From the NCBI GenBank assembly GCA_011772425.1, contig WVZO01000393.1:1615-65614 (forward strand): DNA of 64,000 nt. Reading direction: 5' to 3'. Below, piece after piece: positions 27,466 through 37,086 of this stretch. This DNA is from Candidatus Aminicenantes bacterium. Lineage in GTDB: Bacteria; Acidobacteriota; Aminicenantia; UBA2199. The position numbers were made by a program, and so were the translations under genes. The first letter of the stretch is position 1; each line of letters begins with the position of its first letter. The notes under the pieces were generated by a model, which saw nothing but the letters and a program-made list of their open reading frames with translations, ran no database searches and had not been told where the DNA came from.

Positions 27466-27962
27466 AGGTGGCTAAAGAACCGCCACAAGAAAACAAGAGA
27501 ACACAAAAAAGACACAAAAAAAATTTAAATGTCTGGGATGAGGCAAATATGAACATTAGAGAAGAAGTGGAAGAATTAAAAGAGATGCTGCAAACCGAAG
27601 AGGATTTCGGTGCCATTGCTCAAAAATTTATGAACCTGACAGAATCGAGCAAATTCCTGGAGATGGGCAAGTTCAAGAAAAACAAACTCCTGGAAACAGT
27701 CGTTAATAAAGCCTTGAGCGATATCGATATGCCGGGAATCCTGGGTATCAGGATTAGCTATATCAGGAAATTCAATTTCTACCACGGCTCTTTTATTACT
27801 GAATTTCTACCTGGAGCCGTTATTTATTTCTCGGATATCCAGATGGGCTTGATTGTCGTGCCCAGGGACTTCAAGGGAAATAATTCTTATTTCCGGTTTA
27901 CCGGTACGATCGTTGCCCCGGGAAGTTTTACAGCCGTGAAAAAATCAGAAGAAAATCATTAA
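27462..27962 (+). CDS. Hypothetical protein
   Basis: The ORF is coupled to the previous stop (GTGA overlap). An alternative start is MNIREE at 27549. I recognise no motif. Confidence 0.5.
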   Translation: MKVAKEPPQENKRTQKRHKKNLNVWDEANMNIREEVEELKEMLQTEEDFGAIAQKFMNLTESSKFLEMGKFKKNKLLETVVNKALSDIDMPGILGIRISYIRKFNFYHGSFITEFLPGAVIYFSDIQMGLIVVPRDFKGNNSYFRFTGTIVAPGSFTAVKKSEENH

Positions 27963-27976
27963 GGCTGTCGGCAATT

Positions 27977-29143
27977 TCAACCGTTCTTGCTTTTTAGTTT
28001 CAGGATAAACGGGATGGCAGCAAGTGCCAATACCACCGATACCCGGTAGGTATTTTCCAGGCCAAGCCAATCCCCCATCAATCCTACCACCATGATGCCG
28101 ACAGCGGCCAGAAAAAAATTAATGGTCATTAAAATACTGTTCAAAAACGCGGGCCGGTCTGAGTCCAAGTCCTGCACCAGCGCCAACAGCACCGGTGTGG
28201 CGGCTGTGAGAGAAAATCCCAACAATACCAGTAAAGGAATGACCAAAATCCCTTCCACGATTAAAAAAAACACCATAAACACAGGAGAGGCAATACAAAT
28301 AATTAAAAGGGTGGTTTTTCTGCCGATTTTATCGGATAGGGAACCGGCAAGAAAGGTCCCGGCAGCCCCGGCAAGTTGAATAATAGACAGCGATATGCCG
28401 CTTATCCACAGGTCTTTACCTTTTTCCAGGTTCAAATAGGTGGGCAAAAACGATGTTAAGGCACCGCGCATAAAGGACCTGGAAAGGGTAATCCCTGCCA
28501 GGATGATAAAAAAAGGAAAATACATGAAAAGGGTTTTATTCAACCGGGTTTTGGCTTCTTTCTTTTTAAAATCTTCGGATATTTTGATGTTTCGTACCCT
28601 GAGATAGAGAACCAGGGAAGCCATGATACCAAAAGGGATTAAACGGTAACTGCCTTCCAGTTCCCACAGGGAGACGGCTCCCAGGATAACCATGGGTCCA
28701 ATGGTGCGTGCCAGTTCGCCGCCCAGCATGTAAAAACTCATGCCTTTGCCGACCCGGTCTCCTGCTACGTGTTTGATCATCACCGGTGCGGGCACATGGA
28801 AGAGAGTGGCACTCACTCCCATAATAAAACAAAAGATTGCCAATAGAACATAGCTGGGGGCAACGCCCAGTAAACTCATGGATACAGCCGTGATGGAAGG
28901 GGAGATAATAATAAAATACCGCACACTGATCTTGTCAGCTAAAATCCCTACAATAGGGTTAAGCAGGGATGGTAATCGTCCAATCACCGATAAAAATCCG
29001 GCCAATGACAAAGATAGTTGAAATTTAGAAATCAACAACGGTAATATGGGGGCCAGGAATGAGGAGTATATATCATGGACCAAATGGGTGATGGAGATGA
29101 TTATAACATTACCCAATTGGAATTTCTTTTTCGCCTCAGTCAT
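27977..29143 (-). CDS. MFS transporter
   Basis: There are about 12 hydrophobic segments and two motif-A-like loops (GILADKISVRY; GSLSDKIGRKTT). Confidence 0.85.
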   Translation of the reverse strand: MTEAKKKFQLGNVIIISITHLVHDIYSSFLAPILPLLISKFQLSLSLAGFLSVIGRLPSLLNPIVGILADKISVRYFIIISPSITAVSMSLLGVAPSYVLLAIFCFIMGVSATLFHVPAPVMIKHVAGDRVGKGMSFYMLGGELARTIGPMVILGAVSLWELEGSYRLIPFGIMASLVLYLRVRNIKISEDFKKKEAKTRLNKTLFMYFPFFIILAGITLSRSFMRGALTSFLPTYLNLEKGKDLWISGISLSIIQLAGAAGTFLAGSLSDKIGRKTTLLIICIASPVFMVFFLIVEGILVIPLLVLLGFSLTAATPVLLALVQDLDSDRPAFLNSILMTINFFLAAVGIMVVGLMGDWLGLENTYRVSVVLALAAIPFILKLKSKNG

Positions 29144-29195
29144 CCATTATTGTCTACTTTTTCTTTGCTTTTGTCAACAGCCTATTCACCCGTGT

Positions 29196-30308
29196 TTATC
29201 TGTGGCTAAAATAAATCTCCCTGAGCCCGGAAAGCATCTTTTCCAGGCTGTAATTGGTTTGTATCTCCTTGTAAAGATTCTCCGCAAACGCAGCCAAATC
29301 GTATTTATTTTGAAGCACTTCCATGATGATTTGCGCCAATGCTTCGACGTCCAGGTTCTTAAACAGGATTCCATTACCTTCTTTAATCACTTCACGATTG
29401 CCATAGGTGTCGGACGCAATCACCGGTACTTTTAAAAGACCGGTTTCCAGTAACACAATAGGCAGCCCTTCCCATCGAGAAGGTAAGAGAAAGACATCAC
29501 CAGCCTTTAGAATATCATACACATCGGTCCGGGCACCCAGGAATAAGATATATTGGGAAACTAATAGGCACTGGCTTAACACCTTCATGTCTTCATACTC
29601 AGAACCATCCCCTACAAAAACAAACCGGCAATTGCTTTTGGTTCGCTCCAGGGTATCCTTGATTTTAGCAATCGCCTTAATCAAGATATCGTAGCCCTTT
29701 TGAAAATCAAACCGCGCCACGGTAATAAACAAAAAATCATCTTCGGGCAAAATCAATTTTTTTCGCAGTACCGCTTTTGATTCTCCGCTGCCGCTGTCAG
29801 GGGTAATGGCTGAAAAATCAATGCCATTGGTCAGATAGGTAACATTTTTTAACCGGTATTTTTCTTCAAGAAAGTGTTTGTCTTCCCGGGACACAGCGAT
29901 GATTCGCCGGGCTTTGGGAAGAATACGTTTTTCCAGTTGAAACCTGAGAAAATACTTTATTTTTGCAATGATAGAACCGTAAAATTCATACTTGCGGATA
30001 TGCAGCCCATGAGCCGTATAAAGGATGGGAATGTAATACTTTTTACCGGGTTTTTTAAAAAACGCTGCCAGCGGTTTCAGGTGATGGATGTGCACCAGGT
30101 CCGGTTCTTTTTCCATTACCATATCCGGTGCGTATCCTTTGCTGCAAATCTCCACATTCTTCAGTTCGCTGAATTTTTCATAAACAAAATCGGTTCCCGG
30201 TTTAGCAAATATCCCGAATTGGATATCCTTTAGTCCTTTTGCCACCTGGTAGATATGTTCGAGACCGCCGCCCAGGTGGAATCGGTCGGTTACCAGGTGA
30301 ATACGCAT
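29196..30308 (-). CDS. Glycosyltransferase family 4 (GT-B, group 1)
   Basis: The C-terminal E-x7-E region is FLLPSRWEGLPIVLLETGLLKVPVIASD. Confidence 0.85.
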   Translation of the reverse strand: MRIHLVTDRFHLGGGLEHIYQVAKGLKDIQFGIFAKPGTDFVYEKFSELKNVEICSKGYAPDMVMEKEPDLVHIHHLKPLAAFFKKPGKKYYIPILYTAHGLHIRKYEFYGSIIAKIKYFLRFQLEKRILPKARRIIAVSREDKHFLEEKYRLKNVTYLTNGIDFSAITPDSGSGESKAVLRKKLILPEDDFLFITVARFDFQKGYDILIKAIAKIKDTLERTKSNCRFVFVGDGSEYEDMKVLSQCLLVSQYILFLGARTDVYDILKAGDVFLLPSRWEGLPIVLLETGLLKVPVIASDTYGNREVIKEGNGILFKNLDVEALAQIIMEVLQNKYDLAAFAENLYKEIQTNYSLEKMLSGLREIYFSHR

Positions 30309-30327
30309 AATTTCTATTTTTTTTTAA

Positions 30328-30353
30328 CCACGAAGGCACGAAGGGACACGAAG
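30328..30353 (-). repeat. CTTCGTG word array (CTTCGTGTCCCTTCGTGCCTTCGTGG on the minus strand) 20 nt upstream of the GT4 start
   Basis: The plus strand reads ccacgaaggcacgaagggacacgaag. The same 26-mer occurs at 45829-45875, split there by a 20-bp insertion. Confidence 0.85.
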
Positions 30354-30366
30354 AAAAAAATAGACA

Positions 30367-31317
30367 TCACACTCTCTCTCTCCAGTAATTTAAAAGGTCG
30401 GATAATGTCTGTTTAATTTCGTATTCCGGGGACAAGTTAAATTTTTGTTTTATCAGGCTGTTGTCCCCCCAGAGCTTCGGTACATCTACGGGTCTCAACT
30501 TGTTTTCATCCACGATGACTTCAATCTTCTTGAATGATAAAGAGATGAGTATATCCAGGATCTCTTGAATGGAATAGGTTTTACCGGAGCACAGGTTGTA
30601 AATGTTACCGCTTTCTCCTTTTTCAGCAATTACCGTCAAATACCGGGCAATATCCCTAACATCGGAAATATCACGAATGGCGGAAAGGTTTCCCACCCGA
30701 ATTACAGGTTCCTGTTTTCCCTTCTCGATTTCCGCAATTTGATAGGAGAAATCTGAAGCCATAAACTGTTTACTCTGCCGGGGCCCGGTAAAATTAAAAG
30801 ACCGCACTCGAATAACTTCCAGGTTAAACGCTTTCATATATAACTCCCCCACCATTTCCATGGCAACCTTTGACAATGAGTACGGGTTTTTGGGGGGGAC
30901 TATTGGCGTGGTTTCATTACAAGGTTTGCCGCTGCAGCCGCCGTAAAGTTCCGCAGAACTCATCAATAAAACACGTGAACCCGGTGAAATTTCGCTGACA
31001 GCTTCCAGTAAATTGGACGTGCCTATAAAATTCACCTCATAGGTTAATTTCTGGTGTTTCCATGAAAACCCCACATTGGCAATGGCAGCCAGATGAAACG
31101 TCAGGTCCGGTTGAATCGCTTCCACAGCCGCAAACACTTTTTGCCTGTCCCTGAGATCCACATGATAAACGTCCAATCTGGGAGAACTGAATTCAATAAT
31201 TTCAGTTATACCGGAAAATTTTAGTGCTCCCTTGTTCCTGTTTTCTTTTTCCAAACCATCGATTAGATGAGAACCCAGGAATCCTGAACAACCGGTTATC
31301 AAAATCTTCTTACTCAT
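30367..31317 (-). CDS. NAD-dependent sugar-nucleotide epimerase/dehydratase (SDR, extended)
   Basis: The Rossmann motif is ILITGCSGFLGSHL and the catalytic motif is YSLSK. Confidence 0.85.
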   Translation of the reverse strand: MSKKILITGCSGFLGSHLIDGLEKENRNKGALKFSGITEIIEFSSPRLDVYHVDLRDRQKVFAAVEAIQPDLTFHLAAIANVGFSWKHQKLTYEVNFIGTSNLLEAVSEISPGSRVLLMSSAELYGGCSGKPCNETTPIVPPKNPYSLSKVAMEMVGELYMKAFNLEVIRVRSFNFTGPRQSKQFMASDFSYQIAEIEKGKQEPVIRVGNLSAIRDISDVRDIARYLTVIAEKGESGNIYNLCSGKTYSIQEILDILISLSFKKIEVIVDENKLRPVDVPKLWGDNSLIKQKFNLSPEYEIKQTLSDLLNYWRERV

Positions 31318-31318
31318 T

Positions 31319-33538
31319 TTACCTTTCTATTCCCAGGAAATCTTTTACCGTTCCCAGGTTCCCGAGACTGAATCCCACGTTGAATTGGGTTTCAATCCGG
31401 CCGCCGTACTTAAACAATTGTAATTCGGAATGAAATGTAATACACTGGTAATCGTAACTGAACTTAAAGGTGGCATTACGAAATTCTTTAGCTGTGATAT
31501 CATAATTAACGAAGGAGTCAAGTTTAATAGGGAAATTGCGTATGTCAAAACGGAGTCTGCCGCCGATGGTATCCCGGTTAAAAATATGGTCTTTTTTGGC
31601 ATATTGATTGATAAACCTGTTGTAATAGAAATTTCCGTATAAAAAGCTGTTCCTGTTGTTGTAGGCGATGTTCACCCGGAGACGTGTGAACCTGTCCAGG
31701 AAAGTATCAGCTTCGAGATAGTGGCTTAAAATTACTGAAGCATCCACGTTAAAGAATTTAAAAGGCCTGATGCGCAGTGTGTTTTTAAGCTCTGAGAATT
31801 CGGGAAACATACCGTTAATTTTTCGGCCTCGATGAGCAGCTTCAGGGTCAAAATAATAATCCTGGGATATGGTATAAGATAAAATTTCCTGGGCGGATTT
31901 ATCTTCGTTTCCCTTGTGCAGCAGCCGGTTGGTCAATGAAAAACCCACAAATGAATAAGAAGGATAATCAAAATTATCCACAGGCATCAACCGTGCCCGC
32001 TCTTCCGGGTCCACCTTGGTCACATAGCGAATGGTGATTCCAGGTATGACCAGGTGCTTAAGTTTACTGCTGCGAAACCTAAAAATTTTAAAAAATATCG
32101 GACCTTTGAGGTCCACCCTGGCGGTTTGATAATGCAAATGCAGGGATTTGTCCGTTTCTTCTTTGGTTTCAGGATCCAGGCTTTTGGGATAAATGCTGTG
32201 TTTTGAAGATAAGGTGAGGTTCGCCCATAGCCATGGTGCCTGGACTAAATTCACACTGAAAGAGGGTTGGATATTTAATCGCTGCGTACTGATGTCAGTG
32301 AAATAAATGGTTTCATCTTCCTCGTAACTTTTCCCCTGCCTGGTGAGGCTGGAATAAGACATACCTAAGGAAAAATAACCCGGGAGTTTCCATATTTTTT
32401 GCTGGTTCAAATTAAAGATGAACTGGGGTAAATAACGAAGGGTCCGGGCTTGATTATTAAAGGTATAGTACGTATCATGCTGGGCTGCATTGATAGAAAA
32501 CTTCATGTTAGATATAGAAGAGTTAATGGATACCGAGGACCTGGACGTGCGGCTCAGCACACTGTAAAAATCATTACTAAAAAGTCGTAAAAAATTTGCA
32601 TCACTCTGCCTGTCGATATTTACGATTATCCTGGTATTCAAGAAATTGATCTTCTGCTTATGGGTCATCTTTAAATAGTAATCCGATGTCGAGGTGGTCT
32701 CCAGGATATTATCTTTCTTGTACTTAAAAAAATAGAATTTAATATTTCCATCCATACCCTTGAACAGGTAGCGAAACTCTTCAGCCATACCAATTCCGGC
32801 TTTGGCATAGTAATCCAGGTACAGTGTCAAATCGATGTTGTCTCTGATGTCCCAGAAAAAGGAGTTTTGTATGAAGAATCCCCGCCATGAGGAGGAGCCA
32901 ATGTTGGGAAATAACAACCCGGTGGCCCGGCCAGTTTTGTCCAATGGATACCTGACATAGGGAATATAGAAAATTGGAATTTTTTTTATTTTGAGTACCG
33001 CATGGCTCATTTCAATGTATTTTTCTTTCTTTATTTTTCCTTTTGAACAGGTGATTTTCCAACGGGGAACACATTGGGCACAGGAGGTAAATTCGATGTT
33101 ATTAAAGGAGAGGGTTTCATTGTCCACCTGTGTCAATTTATCGGTTTTGTACCTCACTGCCGGGGGCGATTGCCCAAAAACGTCGTACATCACACCGGTC
33201 CTGTCTTTCAAACTGAATCGCAGTTTTTCACCGCTCAAGACAGTTTGATGGGAGGACATGGTTACCCTACCCCTGGCGATAATTTCCCTGGTTTTGGGAT
33301 TGTACTCCATGTAGTCCGCGTATATCCTGTACTCTTTCCAGCTGATTTCAATATTCCCAGAGGCAACGATGCGGTCCTCGGTTATTTCCTGGTGTTCCGC
33401 CTGGATTTTAAAGGGTAAAACCGTGGGGGCCTGGCCATAAACAACCGGGGGTATAAAACCAATCCATCCCCATAAACACAGCATAAATGAAACTGTGGTA
33501 CATGTTTTTAATGTTTTCGTCTTCATAGTCATCGTCAA
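31319..33538 (-). CDS. lptD: LPS-assembly outer-membrane protein LptD (OstA family)
   Basis: A signal peptide is followed by an OstA-like N-terminal domain (ASGNIEISWKEYRIYADYMEYNPKTREIIARGRVTM). A long Y/F/N/S-rich beta-barrel part follows. Confidence 0.8.
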   Translation of the reverse strand: MTMTMKTKTLKTCTTVSFMLCLWGWIGFIPPVVYGQAPTVLPFKIQAEHQEITEDRIVASGNIEISWKEYRIYADYMEYNPKTREIIARGRVTMSSHQTVLSGEKLRFSLKDRTGVMYDVFGQSPPAVRYKTDKLTQVDNETLSFNNIEFTSCAQCVPRWKITCSKGKIKKEKYIEMSHAVLKIKKIPIFYIPYVRYPLDKTGRATGLLFPNIGSSSWRGFFIQNSFFWDIRDNIDLTLYLDYYAKAGIGMAEEFRYLFKGMDGNIKFYFFKYKKDNILETTSTSDYYLKMTHKQKINFLNTRIIVNIDRQSDANFLRLFSNDFYSVLSRTSRSSVSINSSISNMKFSINAAQHDTYYTFNNQARTLRYLPQFIFNLNQQKIWKLPGYFSLGMSYSSLTRQGKSYEEDETIYFTDISTQRLNIQPSFSVNLVQAPWLWANLTLSSKHSIYPKSLDPETKEETDKSLHLHYQTARVDLKGPIFFKIFRFRSSKLKHLVIPGITIRYVTKVDPEERARLMPVDNFDYPSYSFVGFSLTNRLLHKGNEDKSAQEILSYTISQDYYFDPEAAHRGRKINGMFPEFSELKNTLRIRPFKFFNVDASVILSHYLEADTFLDRFTRLRVNIAYNNRNSFLYGNFYYNRFINQYAKKDHIFNRDTIGGRLRFDIRNFPIKLDSFVNYDITAKEFRNATFKFSYDYQCITFHSELQLFKYGGRIETQFNVGFSLGNLGTVKDFLGIER

Positions 33539-33733
33539 AATATAATAATTTTAATCCGCTAAAGTAGAATTTATCATATATCACCCCTTTAAATCAATAC
33601 TCTCTGCGATTTTTATTTAAATACCAGGATAAAAAAATAAAAAAATAAAGAAACCGGGGCTGTTTTTCTTTGCGTCTATTCTTGGTTTATAGAGGTTGGG
33701 GTTTATTTTTTTACCGGTTGATATTTTTTTGAA

Positions 33734-33762
33734 TTGACATAAGCAAAAGATTTGATTACAAT
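33734..33762 (+). promoter_or_regulatory. Consensus sigma70 promoter (TTGACA-N17-TACAAT) placed for a leaderless transcript
   Basis: TTGACA lies at 33734-33739 and TACAAT at 33757-33762. The ATG at 33769 is 7 nt after the -10 box, and there is no Shine-Dalgarno. Confidence 0.55.
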
Positions 33763-33768
33763 TCTAAC

Positions 33769-34401
33769 ATGATAAAGATTTCTTTTTCAGGATTTTCCGG
33801 CAGCGGCAAGACGTCGCTGATGACAGAAGTAAAAAAGATTTTATCTTTGAAGTCCAGGGTAGAAACCATCGAGGAACTTAAAGGGAAGAATCCCTTTGAC
33901 AGCGACAAAAAATCGTGTTTTGTCAGCCAGTTCTTTTTTGTTTCCACCCAGATCAACGAAGAAAACAGGAAAGCATTGGCGCCCCTGGATTACCTCCTGT
34001 GTGACCAATCGGTGCTGGACCAGTGGATCTATTGGAACCGTTATCTTGCCGATAAAGAGATGACTTCGCAGTTGGAAGAAAAAAACAATCTATTGAAAGC
34101 CCTGTATCAATTTTGGATTAAAACCTATGACTTGATTTTTTTGATCCGAATGGATTTAAACGAGCTGGAAAAGCGAGATATTGCCAATGAAATCCGCATC
34201 ACTGATGTGGAACACATCAAAAAAATAGAAGAGCTGTATAAAAAGTCAATCCAGGAAGACAATCTGAAGGTGATTGAAATCTGGAATAACAACACCATCG
34301 ATGAGAGTGCCCTCGAAATCATCCGAGAGATTTCAGAGTACACGGAAAGAGAACGAGAAAAGGAAAAAGAGCAATTGCAAGAAACCGATGCAGGAGTGTA
34401 A
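33769..34401 (+). CDS. P-loop kinase-like protein (deoxynucleoside/nucleotide-kinase fold candidate)
   Basis: The Walker A is FSGFSGSGKTS. A dNK/TMPK-like second motif is present (LLCDQSVLDQ). The C-terminus is an acidic ERE-rich tail. It lies 28 nt upstream of thyX. Confidence 0.6.
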   Translation: MIKISFSGFSGSGKTSLMTEVKKILSLKSRVETIEELKGKNPFDSDKKSCFVSQFFFVSTQINEENRKALAPLDYLLCDQSVLDQWIYWNRYLADKEMTSQLEEKNNLLKALYQFWIKTYDLIFLIRMDLNELEKRDIANEIRITDVEHIKKIEELYKKSIQEDNLKVIEIWNNNTIDESALEIIREISEYTEREREKEKEQLQETDAGV

Positions 34402-34429
34402 CCATTAAAGGTTAATTGTTTATTGTTAA

Positions 34430-35941
34430 TTGGGACACGTGGAAATCATACTGGCTGGTTATAATGTTGAAGCTGAACTCCTGGAGAAATTCCCTGTAAA
34501 TGTTTCTCTAACTCCTGAGACCCTGAGTGCGGCGTATGCGCGGATAAGTCGCAGTTCGGATGATATCAAAACATTACGCAAAAAAGCCAGGGAAGATGTC
34601 CATAAGGCCAGGAAATCCAACCGGCGAATTATTTTTGATATGGGCCATCATTCGGTGGCAGAGCATGCGGTGTTTAATTTTGATGTGATTGGTGTATCCC
34701 GGTTGGCCCTGGAAGAGGTGGAAAAATTCCGCCTGGTTTCTTATACGGAGAAATCCCAGCGCTATGTGACCCTTGAAGGGGATTATGTACTGCCGGCGGA
34801 GATTGAAGACAGCGACTCCAGGGTGCTTTTTAAAGAGACCGTTGAAATTCAAAACGAATTTTATAAAAAAGCGTTTTCGATTTTAAAGGAGTATGTTTTT
34901 GATAAATACCCGGATGGTGCGGGGAAAAAATCCCGGCGAAAACTCCTGGAAGGTTGGGCAAAGGAAGATGCGCGGTATATTCTTTCGCTGGCTGCTGAAG
35001 GCCAGGTAGGGGTTACTATCAATGCCCGGAACCTGGAGCATTTATTTCGCCGCTTTGCCATGAGCCGGAGGCAGGAAGTCCGGGAAATCGGCAAAAAGAT
35101 GGTTGAACTGGTGGAAAAAGTTGCACCATCCCTGATTCTTTTCCCGGAACCCTCGACATTCGAAGCCGCTTTGAATACGTCGTTTAAAACGCATTTATTG
35201 GAAAACGTCTCTATTGACACCAGCGAACCCCCGGAAGAAATACGCGATGAACCCATGCTCATCGATTATACCCCGGATGGGGATCATATGATACTGGCTT
35301 CTCTTTTGGCTCTTTACAACAATATAAATTACTTTGAGGCGTACCATGCCGTAGAAAAATTAGAGCCCGGGGAAAAGGAAAATTTGTTTAAGGAGTTATT
35401 TAAACATATGGAATTCTTTGATAGGCCGCCCCGGGAATTTGAGCTGCCGGATTTCACGTTCCAGGCAGTGATTAGTGCGTCCAATTTTGCCCAATTAAAA
35501 CGGCACCGCATGGCAACGCTGCTTTCCGGGGATTATGATATCCGTTTTGGGAATACCGTGCCGGAGAGTATTAAAGCAGTGGGCCTGGAAAAGGAATTCA
35601 ACTCGATTATCCATACCATCAACGAAACCTATTTGAAATTAAAAGAAAAATGTGGGAATGCGGCGGATTACATTTTGACCAATTCTCACTGCCGGTTGGT
35701 GGTGATGAAGATGAATTTACGGGAAGTATATCATTTTATCCGGCTGCGTGCGGATGAGCATGCCCAGTGGGACATCCGCAGCCTGGCCCATCAACTGCTG
35801 CGGGAAATCAAAGAAGTCATGCCGTTATCCGCCAGGTTGTTGTGCGGCAAGAGTGATTATGAAAAAGAATTCGAGAAGATATTCCAGCGAAAGCCGGATT
35901 TTTTAATACAGGATAACACCGCTGTTCCCACCGGTCCGTGA
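34430..35941 (+). CDS. thyX: FAD-dependent thymidylate synthase ThyX, double-length (tandem ThyX-fold) form
   Basis: The first half carries HHSVAEH and EKSQRY. The ThyX motif KRHRMAT and MNLREVYHFIRLRADEHAQWDIR are in the second half. Confidence 0.85.
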   Translation: MGHVEIILAGYNVEAELLEKFPVNVSLTPETLSAAYARISRSSDDIKTLRKKAREDVHKARKSNRRIIFDMGHHSVAEHAVFNFDVIGVSRLALEEVEKFRLVSYTEKSQRYVTLEGDYVLPAEIEDSDSRVLFKETVEIQNEFYKKAFSILKEYVFDKYPDGAGKKSRRKLLEGWAKEDARYILSLAAEGQVGVTINARNLEHLFRRFAMSRRQEVREIGKKMVELVEKVAPSLILFPEPSTFEAALNTSFKTHLLENVSIDTSEPPEEIRDEPMLIDYTPDGDHMILASLLALYNNINYFEAYHAVEKLEPGEKENLFKELFKHMEFFDRPPREFELPDFTFQAVISASNFAQLKRHRMATLLSGDYDIRFGNTVPESIKAVGLEKEFNSIIHTINETYLKLKEKCGNAADYILTNSHCRLVVMKMNLREVYHFIRLRADEHAQWDIRSLAHQLLREIKEVMPLSARLLCGKSDYEKEFEKIFQRKPDFLIQDNTAVPTGP

Positions 35942-35976
35942 TTGAAAAAAAAGGGTAAGGGTATTATAATTAAAGC

Positions 35977-37065
35977 ATGAAAAAAAATAAATTGGATTAT
36001 AAGCAATATGTGACCTTTATTAACAGGGAAACCGAACTAAACGAGCTGAGAAATTTTGTGGATAAAGAACCGTTCGAAATTCTATTTCTTCATGGTCCCA
36101 AATCATCGGGAAAAACAACACTGCTGTATAAATTTTTTGAGCAGGTAGAAAAAGAACAAAAAATGGATGTCAAGTACCTGAACCTGAGAAAAAAATTCAA
36201 AGGTAATTATAAAGATTTCATCCGGATTTTTTTCGGTATCGATTATTCCCGGTCAAAAGAAGATGTGAAAGAGAAACGGGAATACAGTTTATTCAATTTT
36301 TTTAAACTATCGGTTGAAGTTTTAAAAGGGGTGGAGAGCGGCGAACTGGACCCCTTTGAAATAATGGAAAAGGAGTTCATAAAGCTAAATCAAAAAGGCA
36401 TCAAACCTGTGGTGATTATCGACGAACTCCAGGCCATCGATCATATCTACATGAACAATGGGAAAGACCGGCAGGTGGTCATCGAATTGTTTAATTTTTT
36501 TGTGGCCATGACCAAGGAGAGTCATTTGGCCCACATCATTATTGCTTCCTCGGATGGGTATTTTTTAAATACGGTGTATACCGATTCACGATTGAAAAAA
36601 ACCTCTAAATTTTACAAAGTGGATTATCTTCCCAAGGAAGATGTCATGGAGTGGTTATTGAACCTGGAAAAGTATTCGAAGATAAAAGATTATAAGTTAA
36701 CGCGGGAAGACGCAGAAAAGATATGGGATGTAGTAGGCGGCAGTATGTGGGAAATCAATGATATATTGGGCGATCTTTTCGACAAACCCATTGACGAGGT
36801 CTTAACTCTTTATAAAAAGAAAATGAGGGGATTGATCGTGGATTATGTGGTAAAACCGGAACAGGAAGATATTGTACGATTACTCAACCATTTTGTTAAA
36901 AATGATCAATTGCCCAAAGAGATGATAAATTCTGAAGAGGAGAAACTTCTTAGAGATTTGGTAAGGAACAACCTTTTATATTTTGACCCCACGGAAGCCA
37001 CCTATTATCCCCAGGGCAGGAGTTACCATTGGGGAATTCGCTTGTATTTTAAACGTTTAACCTGA
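35977..37065 (+). CDS. Archaeal-type AAA+/STAND-like ATPase (Arch_ATPase-like) with a C-terminal winged-helix-like region
   Basis: The N-terminus is FINRETELNELRNFVDKEPFEILFLHGPKSSGKTTLL (Walker A). The Walker B is VVIIDELQ and a sensor-like segment is HIIIASSD. Confidence 0.7.
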   Translation: MKKNKLDYKQYVTFINRETELNELRNFVDKEPFEILFLHGPKSSGKTTLLYKFFEQVEKEQKMDVKYLNLRKKFKGNYKDFIRIFFGIDYSRSKEDVKEKREYSLFNFFKLSVEVLKGVESGELDPFEIMEKEFIKLNQKGIKPVVIIDELQAIDHIYMNNGKDRQVVIELFNFFVAMTKESHLAHIIIASSDGYFLNTVYTDSRLKKTSKFYKVDYLPKEDVMEWLLNLEKYSKIKDYKLTREDAEKIWDVVGGSMWEINDILGDLFDKPIDEVLTLYKKKMRGLIVDYVVKPEQEDIVRLLNHFVKNDQLPKEMINSEEEKLLRDLVRNNLLYFDPTEATYYPQGRSYHWGIRLYFKRLT

Positions 37066-37086
37066 TAGCATGTTATCCGGAAAATA

